A stretch of DNA of 64,000 nucleotides from Actinomycetota bacterium. Its GTDB lineage: Bacteria; Actinomycetota; Actinomycetes; Nanopelagicales; Nanopelagicaceae. Numbering within the stretch: the first letter of the stretch is position 1; each line of letters starts with the position of its first letter. The translations under genes were made by a program, and so were the position numbers. Positions 22,526-33,208 of this stretch are shown here, in pieces. The stretch lies in NCBI GenBank assembly GCA_026393035.1, contig JAPLAY010000004.1, positions 593-64,592 on the forward strand, in the 5' to 3' direction. The notes beneath the pieces were generated by a model. It was not told the origin of the DNA, did not search any database, and was given only the letters and a program-made list of their open reading frames with translations.

Positions 22526-23064
22526 TACTTACTCTTCTCCATATCGGATAAGAAGCGATCAACTATTCTTGATTGGCGCACTTGATCATCTAGCGCTTCT
22601 CCAACAATTTTTGATGCCAAATCTGTTGCTAGCGCTCCGACTTCATTACGAAGTGAATTCAAAGCTTGTTGACGCTCAGCTTCAATCGCGACTACTGCAG
22701 CTGCAGTAATTCGTGTTGCCTCTTCTTGCGCCTTTGTGCGAAGGTCTTCAATAATTGCAGCCCCTTGAACTCTGGCATCTTCTCTAATTTTTGCTGCTTC
22801 GCCTCGGGCATCACTTAATTGCTCGGTATATTTTTTGAGTGCAATTTCAGCTCCGCGTTGTGCAACCTCAGCACGTTCTAATCCGCCCTGAATTGCATTT
22901 GTGCGATCGCTGTAAGCCTTCTCAAACTTTGGAACAGCCTTGGTGCGCAACAAGATAAAAAGAATCGAAAACGCAATTAATCCAACAACGATTTCAGCAA
23001 CATTTGGGATTACCGGACTCGGTGCTGCTTCTGCCGACGCTCTGATTAAAAGTAATTTACTCAT
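22525..23064 (-). CDS. atpF: ATP synthase b subunit
   Basis: N-terminal TM plus coiled coil; ASKIVGE..VDRFL. Confidence 0.95.
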   Translation of the reverse strand: MSKLLLIRASAEAAPSPVIPNVAEIVVGLIAFSILFILLRTKAVPKFEKAYSDRTNAIQGGLERAEVAQRGAEIALKKYTEQLSDARGEAAKIREDARVQGAAIIEDLRTKAQEEATRITAAAVVAIEAERQQALNSLRNEVGALATDLASKIVGEALDDQVRQSRIVDRFLSDMEKSK

Positions 23065-23099
23065 TGGTTATTTTGCTCCGTAACTTATTGGAGTTATTC

Positions 23100-23306
23100 C
23101 TACTTTAGGACGAAAGCTAGAACTAAACCAAAGATTGCCAAAGCTTCAGCAAGGGCGAATCCAAGGAAAGCAATTGGTTGCAAGATGCTACGAGCTTCTG
23201 GTTGGCGAGCTACACCACTGATGTATGCCGCGAAAATTAAACCAGTTGCAGTTCCTGGACCGATGGTCGAAAGACCAAAGCCCACGATACTAAGTGTGCC
23301 TGTCAT
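23100..23306 (-). CDS. atpE: ATP synthase c subunit
   Basis: RQPE loop, proton-binding Glu in ALAEAL. Confidence 0.97.
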   Translation of the reverse strand: MTGTLSIVGFGLSTIGPGTATGLIFAAYISGVARQPEARSILQPIAFLGFALAEALAIFGLVLAFVLK

Positions 23307-23357
23307 ATCTATTCCCTTTCAACAATTGACCAGACCGGTGTCAGGCCAAATCTATTT

Positions 23358-24140
23358 TTAGTGCTCATCCGCCAGCGCGCCAGCGATATACAGCGCCACA
23401 AGCAGGGTGAAAATATATGCCTGTAGACACTGAATTCCCATTTCAAAGAAACTTAAACCAATTGCCAAACTAAAAGATATTGCACTGAAAATTTTGAGGA
23501 ACCATGCACTTCCCAGCAGATATTCGCCACCCAGCGTGAAGAGCATTAGGAGAAGGTGGCCTGCAAACATATTTCCAAATAACCGCATTGCCAAAGTTAG
23601 TGGTCGGATTGCAAAGTAAGTCAAGAATTCCAACGGAGCCAATAAAACATACATCGGCTTAGGAATCCCTGGCATAAAACACATATCCTTCAAATATTTT
23701 CCGAGACCATGTTTCTTTATCGCAACGTAGTGATAAACCAGGTAAACGAAGATCGTAATCGAGACTGGGAAACCGATATGTGACATGGTCGGAAATTGCA
23801 TTAATGGGATTATGCCGAAGAGATTGTTTGTCAGAATAAATGTAAAAATTGTAAATAGAAATGGCACGAAACGTTGAAATTCATGGCCGATTACATCTTT
23901 GCCAATACCATCACGCACAAAACCATAAATTGACTCACCAGCGAACTGCAGTTTCGAAGGAACTACAGCAGCTTTTCTTGAAGAAATTATGAAAAATGTA
24001 GAAATTAGAATCACTGAGAAGAAGAGAAGTAGGACTGGTTTTGTAGCCAGAATGCTGTTTCCGAAGATTGGAGTGAAAACAAAGTCACCACTACCAGGTG
24101 GTTCAAACCCCGGCTGTGACATTTGTAGCAATGTGGACAA
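23358..24140 (-). CDS. atpB: ATP synthase a subunit
   Basis: RPLTLAMRLFGNMFAGH, LQAYIF. Confidence 0.97.
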   Translation of the reverse strand: MSTLLQMSQPGFEPPGSGDFVFTPIFGNSILATKPVLLLFFSVILISTFFIISSRKAAVVPSKLQFAGESIYGFVRDGIGKDVIGHEFQRFVPFLFTIFTFILTNNLFGIIPLMQFPTMSHIGFPVSITIFVYLVYHYVAIKKHGLGKYLKDMCFMPGIPKPMYVLLAPLEFLTYFAIRPLTLAMRLFGNMFAGHLLLMLFTLGGEYLLGSAWFLKIFSAISFSLAIGLSFFEMGIQCLQAYIFTLLVALYIAGALADEH

Positions 24141-24239
24141 AATCTATCTCCTCGTAGGAACTTAATTTTTTAGCGGCACGGGGAAATGCGCTCGGCTTAC
24201 CCTAGGGGATGGGGTAGAAAACGCCAAATCCAATGTCAA

Positions 24240-24434
24240 CTACCTCTCTATTCGAATAAAGCGCACCCAAATCAAGTAAAGGCTGGAGCCAAGCCCGATA
24301 GCCATGCCGATTAGGACAAAGAAATTTGTTTTGAGGAAGTGATCAACAAGTAAGCCAATCCCGCACCACAAAATTAAGCCAGCAATTAGATAAGAGAGGA
24401 TTGTCCAAAATGCGCTCTCTTCGCTACTCGACAT
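24240..24434 (-). CDS. AtpZ/'ATPase gene 1' family small membrane protein
   Basis: Two TM helices, G.G..VD..L, G...G...SLYL.W.RF; GGAGTTGAGG upstream. Confidence 0.75.
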   Translation of the reverse strand: MSSSEESAFWTILSYLIAGLILWCGIGLLVDHFLKTNFFVLIGMAIGLGSSLYLIWVRFIRIER

Positions 24435-24451
24435 TTAAACCCTCAACTCCA

Positions 24452-24868
24452 TTACTTCTCCTTCTTTGGCAATGGCATATGCAATTTCAATTTAAGGAAT
24501 GCCCGGACTTCTCCGCCTAGCCAAGCCACTGTTACTGCGATGGCGATGGCACCAAAACTTGGTCGATCTAAATTCTCTAGGGAGATTCGATTCACTACTA
24601 CCAAGAGAAATACTCCCAAAACCAAAACCTTTGAGAAATATGAGAATAAGGCAAGGCCCATTACCGCGATTGGATCTAAGTTATTTGAAATCTTCGAAAT
24701 TATAAGGTGAATTATGAAGAAGATGAATACGATAAATAGCGCAAAGCCACCTGCAATTAGCCCAGATTTCCCTTTGATAAAAGTTGCTATAACTGAGCCG
24801 ATAACTCCTACGACAAGTGCTGGATAAACGGCGCCCTTGCCTAAATTTACTTCTACTGAATCACTCAC
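24452..24868 (-). CDS. ATP synthase protein I-like (4 TM)
   Basis: Four TM, SY.SK motif, position upstream of atpB. Confidence 0.7.
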   Translation of the reverse strand: MSDSVEVNLGKGAVYPALVVGVIGSVIATFIKGKSGLIAGGFALFIVFIFFIIHLIISKISNNLDPIAVMGLALFSYFSKVLVLGVFLLVVVNRISLENLDRPSFGAIAIAVTVAWLGGEVRAFLKLKLHMPLPKKEK

Positions 24869-24875
24869 TATTTAC

Positions 24876-25070
24876 CTACTTACGACCAAATCGCAACCAG
24901 GCTAGGTAGAGCGAAGATCCGATACCGAGAACTACTCCACCTATCAAAAAGTAATTGTTGTGACCGATCCATTTATCAACGGCCCAACCAATCGCTCCCC
25001 AGATTAAAACTCCAGCCACTAGAAAGCCAAACATATGAATGAGGGTGTTTATTTTTCCATCTTTATTCAA
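24876..25070 (-). CDS. Second AtpZ-like small membrane protein
   Basis: Aligns by eye with 24240..24434 (AG..IW..IG..VD..; IG...G.GSSLYL.W.RF). Confidence 0.7.
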   Translation of the reverse strand: MNKDGKINTLIHMFGFLVAGVLIWGAIGWAVDKWIGHNNYFLIGGVVLGIGSSLYLAWLRFGRK

Positions 25071-25106
25071 AATATTTACCTTTCCTATTTTCGATTGAGC
25101 AGGCGT

Positions 25107-26204
25107 TCATCCTACTTTTATTGGGACTTTATTCCTATTCGGCCACTTCGTGAGAAGGACTAGTGAGAAAAGCAATATTGCTAAGCCTATTAATAGCGCC
25201 AACCACAGCGGAGCAAAGGCGGCGACAACTGTTGGGAAGGCAAACATCGCTGTCCAGGAGTAAAGAATTGCTGAAGTTCGGCGATGAGAATTTCCCATAG
25301 AAAGCAACTTGTGATGCAGATGCTCTTTATCGGCAGCAAATGGTGAGCGACCTGCACGTAATCTTCTAACGATTGCCATTCCTAAATCGATAAGTGGGAT
25401 TGCAAGAATTGTGAATGGTAAAAGTAGCGGAAGAAGCGCAGAATTAGAGCGTTGGCTAGTAATTGCATTTACATCGATTTGTCCGGTCAAAGTAATTGCT
25501 GCAGCAGAGAGCATTAGTCCTAAGAACATTGCCCCAGAATCCCCCATAAAAATTCGGGCTGGATGATAATTGTGCGGCAGGAATCCAATACAAATTCCGA
25601 TAATAACTGCGGTGAATAGTGATGGTGCACCAGCACGATTTAAACCATTTACTACTGCCAACAAGTAAGAGAAGCCGAAGAAAGCCATCGCACAAATTGC
25701 AACAATTCCGGTGGCTAGGCCGTCGAGCCCATCAACGAAGTTAACTGCGTTAATTACCACCATAACAAAAACAATTGTTATCAACTGTCCAATACTTGGC
25801 GGCAGAATATAAATACCGCTAATTGGCAGCCATAAAATTTGAACTCCGTGCAAAAGTAAAATACCGCCGGCTACCGCTTGGCCCGCAAACTTGGTTATTG
25901 AATCCAAGTCATACATGTCATCTAGCGCACCCAAAATCATTATGAATGTTCCGGCTAGGAAAATACCCGTGGATTCACGACCAAAAGATTTGGCAACTAA
26001 GGGCAAGTGATTTACGACTAGGAATGAAATCGACATTGAAATCCACATTCCGATGCCACCCCATCTTGGAGTCACCATCGTGTGGGTATCTCTTGAGCGC
26101 ACATTGATAAATGCGCCAGCTTTCATCGCAAGCTCTTTAATAAATGGCGTAACCAAATAGCAGAGAGTCGCAGCAAGTGCAATCGTTAGAAGATATTCAC
26201 GCAC
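25107..26204 (-). CDS. wecA: Undecaprenyl/decaprenyl-phosphate GlcNAc-1-phosphate transferase (WecA/Rfe/TagO)
   Basis: TPRWGG, GALDD, NFVDGLDGL, FMGDSG, DKEHLHH. Confidence 0.9.
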   Translation of the reverse strand: MREYLLTIALAATLCYLVTPFIKELAMKAGAFINVRSRDTHTMVTPRWGGIGMWISMSISFLVVNHLPLVAKSFGRESTGIFLAGTFIMILGALDDMYDLDSITKFAGQAVAGGILLLHGVQILWLPISGIYILPPSIGQLITIVFVMVVINAVNFVDGLDGLATGIVAICAMAFFGFSYLLAVVNGLNRAGAPSLFTAVIIGICIGFLPHNYHPARIFMGDSGAMFLGLMLSAAAITLTGQIDVNAITSQRSNSALLPLLLPFTILAIPLIDLGMAIVRRLRAGRSPFAADKEHLHHKLLSMGNSHRRTSAILYSWTAMFAFPTVVAAFAPLWLALLIGLAILLFSLVLLTKWPNRNKVPIKVG

Positions 26205-26219
26205 GAGTTATTATCTGAC

Positions 26220-27497
26220 TTATCTAGAGTAGATCGGAAACTTTGCAGTCAAGGCATTAACTTCGCCTCGGATTGCTGCAGCTTTATTTGCATCGCCGCC
26301 ATCCTTAATTGCACGTGCAATTAGTGATGCAATCTCTGCCATTTCTGCGGTTCCCATGCCTTGGGTTGTGGTTGCTGCAGTTCCGACTCGAATTCCACTT
26401 GTTACTGCTGGAGTTTCTGGATCGTAAGGAATCGCATTCTTATTAAGAACAATGCCAGATGCGCCACAACGTTCATCAGCAATTTTTCCGTTAACGCCAG
26501 TAGCACGAATATCTATAAGGGCTAAGTGGGTCTGCGTTCCGCCAGATACTGCGCGCATGCCCTCTTTCTCTAAATCAGCAGCCAAGGCCTTGGCATTAAT
26601 GATTACATTCTTGGCATAGCTCTGATATTCCAGAGTCGCACACTCTTTTAACGCAACAGCTTTTCCAGCAACTGCGCTCATGATTGGACCGCCTTGCATG
26701 CCCGGGAAGACCGCTTTATCAATTGCAGCAGCGTGTTCAGCCTTTGAAAGAATCATTCCGCCGCGTGGACCACGCAATACTTTATGCGTTGTAAAGGAAA
26801 CTACATCTGCATATGGAACTGGGGATGGAATAGCCTTTCCTGCGACGAGTCCGATGAAGTGAGCGGCATCAACCCACATGATCGCGCCAACTTCATCACA
26901 GATCTTTCGAACAGTTTCGAAGTCAATCAAACTTGGATATGCAGTGGCGCCAACGCAGATCATCTTTGGCTTATTTGCAATTGCAGTATCGCGTAATTCA
27001 TCGTAATCAATTAGTTCATCTTCCTTGCGGACGCCGTAAGAAACTATGTTGAACCATTTTCCAGAGAAGTTAACTTTCGAACCATGGGTTAAATGGCCAC
27101 CATGTGGAAGTGACATTGCAAGGACGCTATCCCCTGGCTTTGTGAATGCTTGGTAAACCGCAACGTTTGCACTTGCACCTGAGTGCGGCTGCAGATTTGC
27201 GTGTTCGGCACCGAATAAAGATTTTGCACGTTCGATTCCGATAACTTCAACTTTATCTACCTCTTCGCAACCACCGTAATAACGCTTGCCTGGATAACCT
27301 TCAGCATATTTATTTGAAAGCGTTGAACCCATTGTTGCGAGAACGGCTGGCGACGTGAAGTTTTCACTTGCGATTAATTGCAGACTTTGTTGCTGGCGCT
27401 TTAGTTCACTTAAAAGTACCGCCGCGATATCTGGATCTTGGGCTAAGAGTGCATTGAAATCTGGGCCGTAAAAGGCCTCGCTTGTTTTCTCAGTCAT
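26220..27497 (-). CDS. glyA: Serine hydroxymethyltransferase
   Basis: LIASEN, KYAEGYPG, GGHLTHG, TTHK.LRGPRGG. Confidence 0.98.
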   Translation of the reverse strand: MTEKTSEAFYGPDFNALLAQDPDIAAVLLSELKRQQQSLQLIASENFTSPAVLATMGSTLSNKYAEGYPGKRYYGGCEEVDKVEVIGIERAKSLFGAEHANLQPHSGASANVAVYQAFTKPGDSVLAMSLPHGGHLTHGSKVNFSGKWFNIVSYGVRKEDELIDYDELRDTAIANKPKMICVGATAYPSLIDFETVRKICDEVGAIMWVDAAHFIGLVAGKAIPSPVPYADVVSFTTHKVLRGPRGGMILSKAEHAAAIDKAVFPGMQGGPIMSAVAGKAVALKECATLEYQSYAKNVIINAKALAADLEKEGMRAVSGGTQTHLALIDIRATGVNGKIADERCGASGIVLNKNAIPYDPETPAVTSGIRVGTAATTTQGMGTAEMAEIASLIARAIKDGGDANKAAAIRGEVNALTAKFPIYSR

Positions 27498-27506
27498 GGC
27501 AGAACC

Positions 27507-28100
27507 TTATTCGGTTGGAAGTTGGATTGCCGAAGCGACTTTCCTTAATTCCTCAATTGTGAGCGCCCCAACACGATTTACTATCAAATTTCCACCCTCT
27601 AGAGCTACCACCGTTGAGAACGGACCGGCCGGAATCTCACCAATATCTAAGGCTTCAAGGTCATGGATATTCGAAATCGTAGATACTGCAGATGTACCAG
27701 CAAGACCTGCGGTGGCAATTGCAAGTGGTCCAGTTTGTGAAATTATTTCCAAAGTTTCTGCCTGGTTAGGACTGCGAAGAGCAAAAGTTTCTAAATTTCC
27801 ACCATCACCTAGATCCCAATTCAAGGATTGATTTGGTTGCAACATCAAAGTTAGTAGCCCTGGCCAAAATGCATTTGCTAGCGCTTTCATGTCGCTGCTA
27901 ACGCCTTGAGCTAAGCCATCAATGGTCTGAGCGCTTGCAACTAAGACTTGTGCTGCAACTCCAGTTGGATCATTTCGTAATTGATGTAGCCGATTTACCG
28001 AAGCGAAGCTAAAGGCATCGCAGGCATAAACGTAACTATGTTCGAGTGGCAGAATCACAACTTCGCCACGCTTGATTGCTGCTACTACTCGATCCTTCAT
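27507..28100 (-). CDS. TsaC/Sua5/YrdC family protein with degenerate active-site motifs
   Basis: G.VVILP, FWPGLLTL, WDLG, ALRSP, STVV, RVGA; position before glyA-wecA-atp. Confidence 0.8.
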   Translation of the reverse strand: MKDRVVAAIKRGEVVILPLEHSYVYACDAFSFASVNRLHQLRNDPTGVAAQVLVASAQTIDGLAQGVSSDMKALANAFWPGLLTLMLQPNQSLNWDLGDGGNLETFALRSPNQAETLEIISQTGPLAIATAGLAGTSAVSTISNIHDLEALDIGEIPAGPFSTVVALEGGNLIVNRVGALTIEELRKVASAIQLPTE

Positions 28101-29530
28101 TAAAGCCCTTCAATCACTTTTGCTAGCGAACCATCAACTAGCGCATGAATAGATGTTCCTTCAGGTAGATAATCTTCAGAGAATATTTCACCACGTTCGT
28201 GAATCGCCGAAACTAAATCACCACGGCTAAATGGAATTACCACCTTAATTTCAACTCTAGGTCTCGGTAAAGATGTCTCAATCGCAGCGACAAGGGTTTC
28301 GATTCCGAATCCGGTTCTAGCTGAGAATGCAAAGCTATTTGCCTCTTCACGAAGTAACTGCATCAACTTTTCTGGTGGCGCAATATCTGCCTTATTGATG
28401 GCGATAATTTCAGGAATCTCGCCGCCACCGATATCTCTTATAACTTCGCGAACTGCGCGCAATTGCTCTTGTGGATCTGGATGTGAACCATCGACAACGT
28501 GCACGATTAGATCGGCGCCAGATACTTCTTCAAGTGTTGACTTAAAAGCTTCAATTAATTGATGCGGCAGGTGGCGAACAAAACCAACAGTGTCGGAGAG
28601 AGTGTAAATACGACCATCGGCTGAAGTTGTTTTTCGAACTGTTGGATCAAGGGTTGCAAAGAGCGCATTCTCTACAAGAACACCAGCATTTGTTAGCCGA
28701 TTCATTAGCGATGACTTTCCGGCATTTGTGTAACCCGCGATAGCAACTGATGGAATGTTATTTCTGCGGCGCTCTTGGCGCTTGGTGTCGCGCGAAGTTT
28801 TCATCTCTTTAATTTCTCGACGCAACTTTGCCATTTTGTCATTAATTCGCCGACGATCTGTTTCAATCTTTGTTTCACCGGGGCCACGTCCACCAATTCC
28901 ACCAGCCTGTCGTGAAAGCGAATCACCCCAACCACGAAGTCTTGGAAGCAGATATGTCATCTGCGCTAATTCGACTTGCGCCTTACCTTCACGGCTCTTT
29001 GCATGCTGCGCAAAAATATCTAGGATCAAAGCTGTTCTATCAATTACCTTTACCTTTGCTTTACCTTCAAGATTTCTAAGTTGAGCTGGTGAAAGTTCAC
29101 CATCGCAAACAACGGTATCTGCTCCAGTATTAATAACTGCTTGGCGCAACTCCATAACTTTTCCCGAACCAATATATGTCGCAGGATCTGGCTTATCGCG
29201 ACGTTGGATAAGTCCGTCCATAACTTCCGAGCCAGCTGTTTCCGCAAGTGCCGCTAATTCCTTTAGCGAATTTTCCGCATCTTGCGCACTTCCCTCAGTC
29301 CAAACTCCAACAAGTACTACTTTCTCTAACCGAAGTTGGCGATACTCGGCATCTGAAATATCTTCGAGTTCTGTTGAAAGTCCAGCAACTCTGCGAAGCG
29401 CTTGTCGATCTTGCAAATCTGCTTGATTACTTTCCCAGTCCTCTACCTTTGTTTCAGCAGCGTCGAATTCTGCAGCTACTCTCGCGGACTCGGCCAACAA
29501 GTCATCAATATTTAACTTCTCGTCACTCAC
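28100..29530 (-). CDS. hflX: GTPase HflX
   Basis: IGSGK, RGPGETKIETDRR, GYTNAGKS, DTVG, NKAD. Confidence 0.97.
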   Translation of the reverse strand: MSDEKLNIDDLLAESARVAAEFDAAETKVEDWESNQADLQDRQALRRVAGLSTELEDISDAEYRQLRLEKVVLVGVWTEGSAQDAENSLKELAALAETAGSEVMDGLIQRRDKPDPATYIGSGKVMELRQAVINTGADTVVCDGELSPAQLRNLEGKAKVKVIDRTALILDIFAQHAKSREGKAQVELAQMTYLLPRLRGWGDSLSRQAGGIGGRGPGETKIETDRRRINDKMAKLRREIKEMKTSRDTKRQERRRNNIPSVAIAGYTNAGKSSLMNRLTNAGVLVENALFATLDPTVRKTTSADGRIYTLSDTVGFVRHLPHQLIEAFKSTLEEVSGADLIVHVVDGSHPDPQEQLRAVREVIRDIGGGEIPEIIAINKADIAPPEKLMQLLREEANSFAFSARTGFGIETLVAAIETSLPRPRVEIKVVIPFSRGDLVSAIHERGEIFSEDYLPEGTSIHALVDGSLAKVIEGL

Positions 29531-30318
29531 AAATATTTACTCAAATCGCGATCCTCAATTAAAACTGCTGGACCGGTAAGAATTGCATTGTTATGTGCAT
29601 CTATTTCCACACTTAGTCGGCCTCCTGGTGGATTAATAATCCAGGTAGCAGGCAGACGCATTCCTTTTTTCAAAGTTGCAGCAAGAGCTACTGCGCAGGT
29701 TCCGGTTCCACAAGATCTGGTTTCGCCGACACCGCGTTCGTGAACGCGCATCTTTAACTCGCCATTTTCCAGAAACTCTACGAACTCAACATTTACGCCA
29801 TCAGGATACTCATCTGCAGGTTCAACAATTGGCGGTTGTGCTAAATCCCCAACTTGCGAAGCGTTTTCAACGAAAACGACTGCATGCGGATTACCCATAT
29901 CAATGTTATAGCCGCTCCAAGAATGGCCATTTGTTGTTGCGCTAATTTCACCAAAGACTTCGCGTATCTGTCCCATATTTACTGTGATGTCTCCAGCGTC
30001 AGGGGCCGATAAGAATTTAACGCCGTCGCGAGTATCGATTGGAAAGATTCCTGCTTTTTGGTGGCCGCGTTCAATCAAGTATTTCGCCATGACGCGAATT
30101 CCATTGCCGCACATCTCTGCGATTGACCCGTCGTTATTACGATAATCCATAAACCATTTTGAGTTTTCTTTGCCAATTCGAATAAAGCCATCAGATCCAA
30201 TTCCAGTTTTACGATTACAAATCGCTCGCACCTGATCAGCGCTTACTTCAATTTTATTTTCTGGGTCAAAGATTAGAACGAAGTCATTCTCGGTTCCGTG
30301 GCCGTAGGTTCCAATCAT
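29527..30318 (-). CDS. dapF: Diaminopimelate epimerase
   Basis: HGTENDF, MCGNG, MGNPH, ERGVGET.SCGTG. Confidence 0.96.
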   Translation of the reverse strand: MIGTYGHGTENDFVLIFDPENKIEVSADQVRAICNRKTGIGSDGFIRIGKENSKWFMDYRNNDGSIAEMCGNGIRVMAKYLIERGHQKAGIFPIDTRDGVKFLSAPDAGDITVNMGQIREVFGEISATTNGHSWSGYNIDMGNPHAVVFVENASQVGDLAQPPIVEPADEYPDGVNVEFVEFLENGELKMRVHERGVGETRSCGTGTCAVALAATLKKGMRLPATWIINPPGGRLSVEIDAHNNAILTGPAVLIEDRDLSKYL

Positions 30319-31229
30319 GATTTGAGAATAGCCTGTAGGACCGAGTCCGTGCGCTCTGAAAGATTGGATGTCGCACTTAACCAGGTAATCCGCAGATCTC
30401 TACTGAACCAAGTTTCTTGGCGCCGGGCATATTGCCTTGTTGCGCGCGCGGTATCTTCGCGGGCAAAAGCTTCATCAAATTCACCGTGCTTCATTCGAAC
30501 TATTTGGGCATAACCAATCGCTGCTTGTGCCGTTCTTCCTTCAAGTAAGCCTTGATTAATTAGCGTTTCAACTTCATCTACAAAACCCAAGTCCCACATT
30601 TTCGATACCCGATTATCGATTCTGGCATCTAGAGTTTCGCGATTCATTGCTAACCCAAATTGCATGGCATCTGGATACTTTGATGAATCAACTCGTGGCA
30701 GCACTGCAGTAAATGGCTTTCCGGTAATTTCAATTACTTCAAGGGCGCGAACAACTCGGCGCACGTTCTCTTTTGGAATTGCCAAGCCAGCCGCTGGATC
30801 GAGTTTTGAGAGCCTTTCATGCATGGCATCGCCACCGATTTTTCCCGCCTCAAGATTCAACTTCTCGCGTACTTCGGGATCGGTCTCCGGGAAATTCAAA
30901 TCATCAAGGATGGCTTTTATATATAGGCCGGTACCGCCAACAACTACAACGCTTTTATTCTCACTTCTTAATTCATCAATCTTCGCTCGGGCTAGTTCTT
31001 GGTACCAAGAGACAGTCACATCATCTTTAACATCCACGACATCGAGAAAGTGATGCGGGATTTCATTGCGTTCTTCCATTGTTAATTTTGCAGTGCCAAT
31101 ATCCATACCCTTATAAAGTTGCATCGAATCAGCGCTAATAATCTCGGCCGTTAACTCTTTTGCAATCGCAACCGCTAAATCACTTTTTCCGGTGGCTGTT
31201 GCACCAGAAATAATTACTAACTTGCTCAT
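30315..31229 (-). CDS. miaA: tRNA dimethylallyltransferase
   Basis: GATATGKS, DSMQLY.GMDIGTAK, GGTGLY, YARRQ.TW. Confidence 0.97.
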   Translation of the reverse strand: MSKLVIISGATATGKSDLAVAIAKELTAEIISADSMQLYKGMDIGTAKLTMEERNEIPHHFLDVVDVKDDVTVSWYQELARAKIDELRSENKSVVVVGGTGLYIKAILDDLNFPETDPEVREKLNLEAGKIGGDAMHERLSKLDPAAGLAIPKENVRRVVRALEVIEITGKPFTAVLPRVDSSKYPDAMQFGLAMNRETLDARIDNRVSKMWDLGFVDEVETLINQGLLEGRTAQAAIGYAQIVRMKHGEFDEAFAREDTARATRQYARRQETWFSRDLRITWLSATSNLSERTDSVLQAILKS

Positions 31230-31232
31230 AAC

Positions 31233-32696
31233 TTACGAGCGCGCCTTTAACTGTGAAAGTGTTGGCATCCCAACCATTATTGCGGTCGAACCAACTTCTT
31301 TGATTCGTGCCTCTGATGCATCGCCGCCACGAGTCTTACGAATAGATATCGGAGAATCTTCGGCGAGAATAAAGTTTGGTGAAGCTTTAGTAATTTTGGA
31401 TATGACGGCATCGCCAGGTCGTGGCTGATTTCCTTCGTCAACAGCAAAATGTGCGAGTCTGAAATCTTTTGTGCGGCCAGTTACACGAGCCTTGCCATCA
31501 TCGCGTCGGCCTTCATAATCTGCAACCAGAATTTCTTGGGTTGTTCCAACCACCTCTTGATTAACGATCTGAGACATCTCTTGCTGCAAAATATGTAGGG
31601 CGTCGTATCGCTCTTTCATTACTGAATCACTTATTTGATCCGGCATTGTTGCCGCAGGAGTTCCTGGGCGCTTGGAATATTGGAAGGTGTATGCCGCTAA
31701 GAATTTAACTTCCTTTACTAAATCCATGGTCGCTGCAAAATCGCTATCGCTCTCCCCCGGGAATCCAACAATGATGTCGGTCGTAATTGTGGAATTCGGA
31801 ATTGCGGCGCGAACTTTTTCGATAATCCCTAAATAGCGATCGCTGCGGTACGAGCGACGCATCGCCTGAAGTATGCGGTCCGAACCAGATTGCAGAGGCA
31901 TATGAAGATGCGGCATAACATTTGGCGTTTCTGCCATTGCAGCAATTACATCATCAGTGAAATCTCTTGGATGCGGTGACATGAAACGAACTCGTTCTAA
32001 GCCAGGTATCTCACCACATTTGCGTAATAGTTTTGCGAAGGCGCCGCGGTCGCCAAAATCCACACCGTAAGCATTTACATTCTGGCCAAGCAAGGTAACT
32101 TCGGTAACGCCTTGGTCTACAACAGCCTTTACCTCATTCAAAATATCGGCTTCGGATCTATCTTTTTCGATTCCGCGTAGCGAAGGAACTATGCAAAATG
32201 TGCAGGTGTTGTTGCAACCAACTGAAACCGAAACCCATGCGCTAAATGCAGAATGGCGCCTGGCCGGAAGCGTCGATGGAAAATGTTCTAGCGACTCTTT
32301 AATTTCAACTTGTGACTCTTCTTCGATTCGTGCGCGTTCTAAAAGTGTTGGTAGTGAGCCAATATTGTGCGTACCAAAGACCACATCAACATATGGCGCC
32401 CGCTTAATTATCGAGTCCTGATCTTTCTGAGCCATGCAACCGCCAACTGCAATCTGAAAATTGGGATCACTCTTCTTACGCGGTGCTAGGAAAGATAGAT
32501 TTCCATAGAGTTTGTTATCGGCATTTTCGCGGACTGCGCAGGTATTGAATACAACTAAATCTGGATCGCTGCCTTCAAGTGCCTGCACATATCCTGCGTC
32601 GAGCAATAAGCCTGAAATGCGTTCAGTGTCATGCGCATTCATCTGACAGCCATAGGTTTCGACCACAAATGATCGGGCTTTAAGTTGGCTATCCAT
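31233..32696 (-). CDS. miaB: tRNA methylthiotransferase
   Basis: [20 protein letters not shown] radical-SAM motif, SPHP. Confidence 0.96.
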   Translation of the reverse strand: MDSQLKARSFVVETYGCQMNAHDTERISGLLLDAGYVQALEGSDPDLVVFNTCAVRENADNKLYGNLSFLAPRKKSDPNFQIAVGGCMAQKDQDSIIKRAPYVDVVFGTHNIGSLPTLLERARIEEESQVEIKESLEHFPSTLPARRHSAFSAWVSVSVGCNNTCTFCIVPSLRGIEKDRSEADILNEVKAVVDQGVTEVTLLGQNVNAYGVDFGDRGAFAKLLRKCGEIPGLERVRFMSPHPRDFTDDVIAAMAETPNVMPHLHMPLQSGSDRILQAMRRSYRSDRYLGIIEKVRAAIPNSTITTDIIVGFPGESDSDFAATMDLVKEVKFLAAYTFQYSKRPGTPAATMPDQISDSVMKERYDALHILQQEMSQIVNQEVVGTTQEILVADYEGRRDDGKARVTGRTKDFRLAHFAVDEGNQPRPGDAVISKITKASPNFILAEDSPISIRKTRGGDASEARIKEVGSTAIMVGMPTLSQLKARS

Positions 32697-32710
32697 AACG
32701 CCAATCTTAG

Positions 32711-33205
32711 TTAGGAGTTGTTGCTTCCCAGCAATTCTCGCATGATGCGACCAGATATCGAATGGCTAAATCCCTTTCGAGAGAGCAAACCATGGACTCT
32801 GCGATAAATAACATCGTGATCAAGGTGTGAACAGGATCGGTATTTACGTTCGGCCAAAGTGAAGGCCATTTTGTATTCATCTTCTTCGTCAATATTCTCA
32901 AGCGTTTCATCAATGATGTCCTGCGATACGCCTTTGAACTTTAACTCTTGAGCGATTGATCGCTTAGATAATTTCTTCTGACGTTGGCGAGATTCGCTCC
33001 AAATTTGAGCGAACTCCAAATCATTTAACAGACCTTGAAGTTCTAACTCATTCAAGACTGCAGCGGCAATCTCATCTTCTACGCCACGCTTCTTTAAGTG
33101 GGCATGTAGCTCAGCCCTACTCTTTGCACGTGGTGCCAAGGCATAGTGCGCCGTGGTCAGTGCGAAAGAGTAGGGATCAGCTTCAATCTCTTTACTATTG
33201 CTCAA
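32711..33205 (-). CDS. recX: Regulatory protein RecX
   Basis: [22 protein letters not shown]; downstream of recA. Confidence 0.92.
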   Translation of the reverse strand: MSNSKEIEADPYSFALTTAHYALAPRAKSRAELHAHLKKRGVEDEIAAAVLNELELQGLLNDLEFAQIWSESRQRQKKLSKRSIAQELKFKGVSQDIIDETLENIDEEDEYKMAFTLAERKYRSCSHLDHDVIYRRVHGLLSRKGFSHSISGRIMRELLGSNNS

Positions 33206-33208
33206 TTT

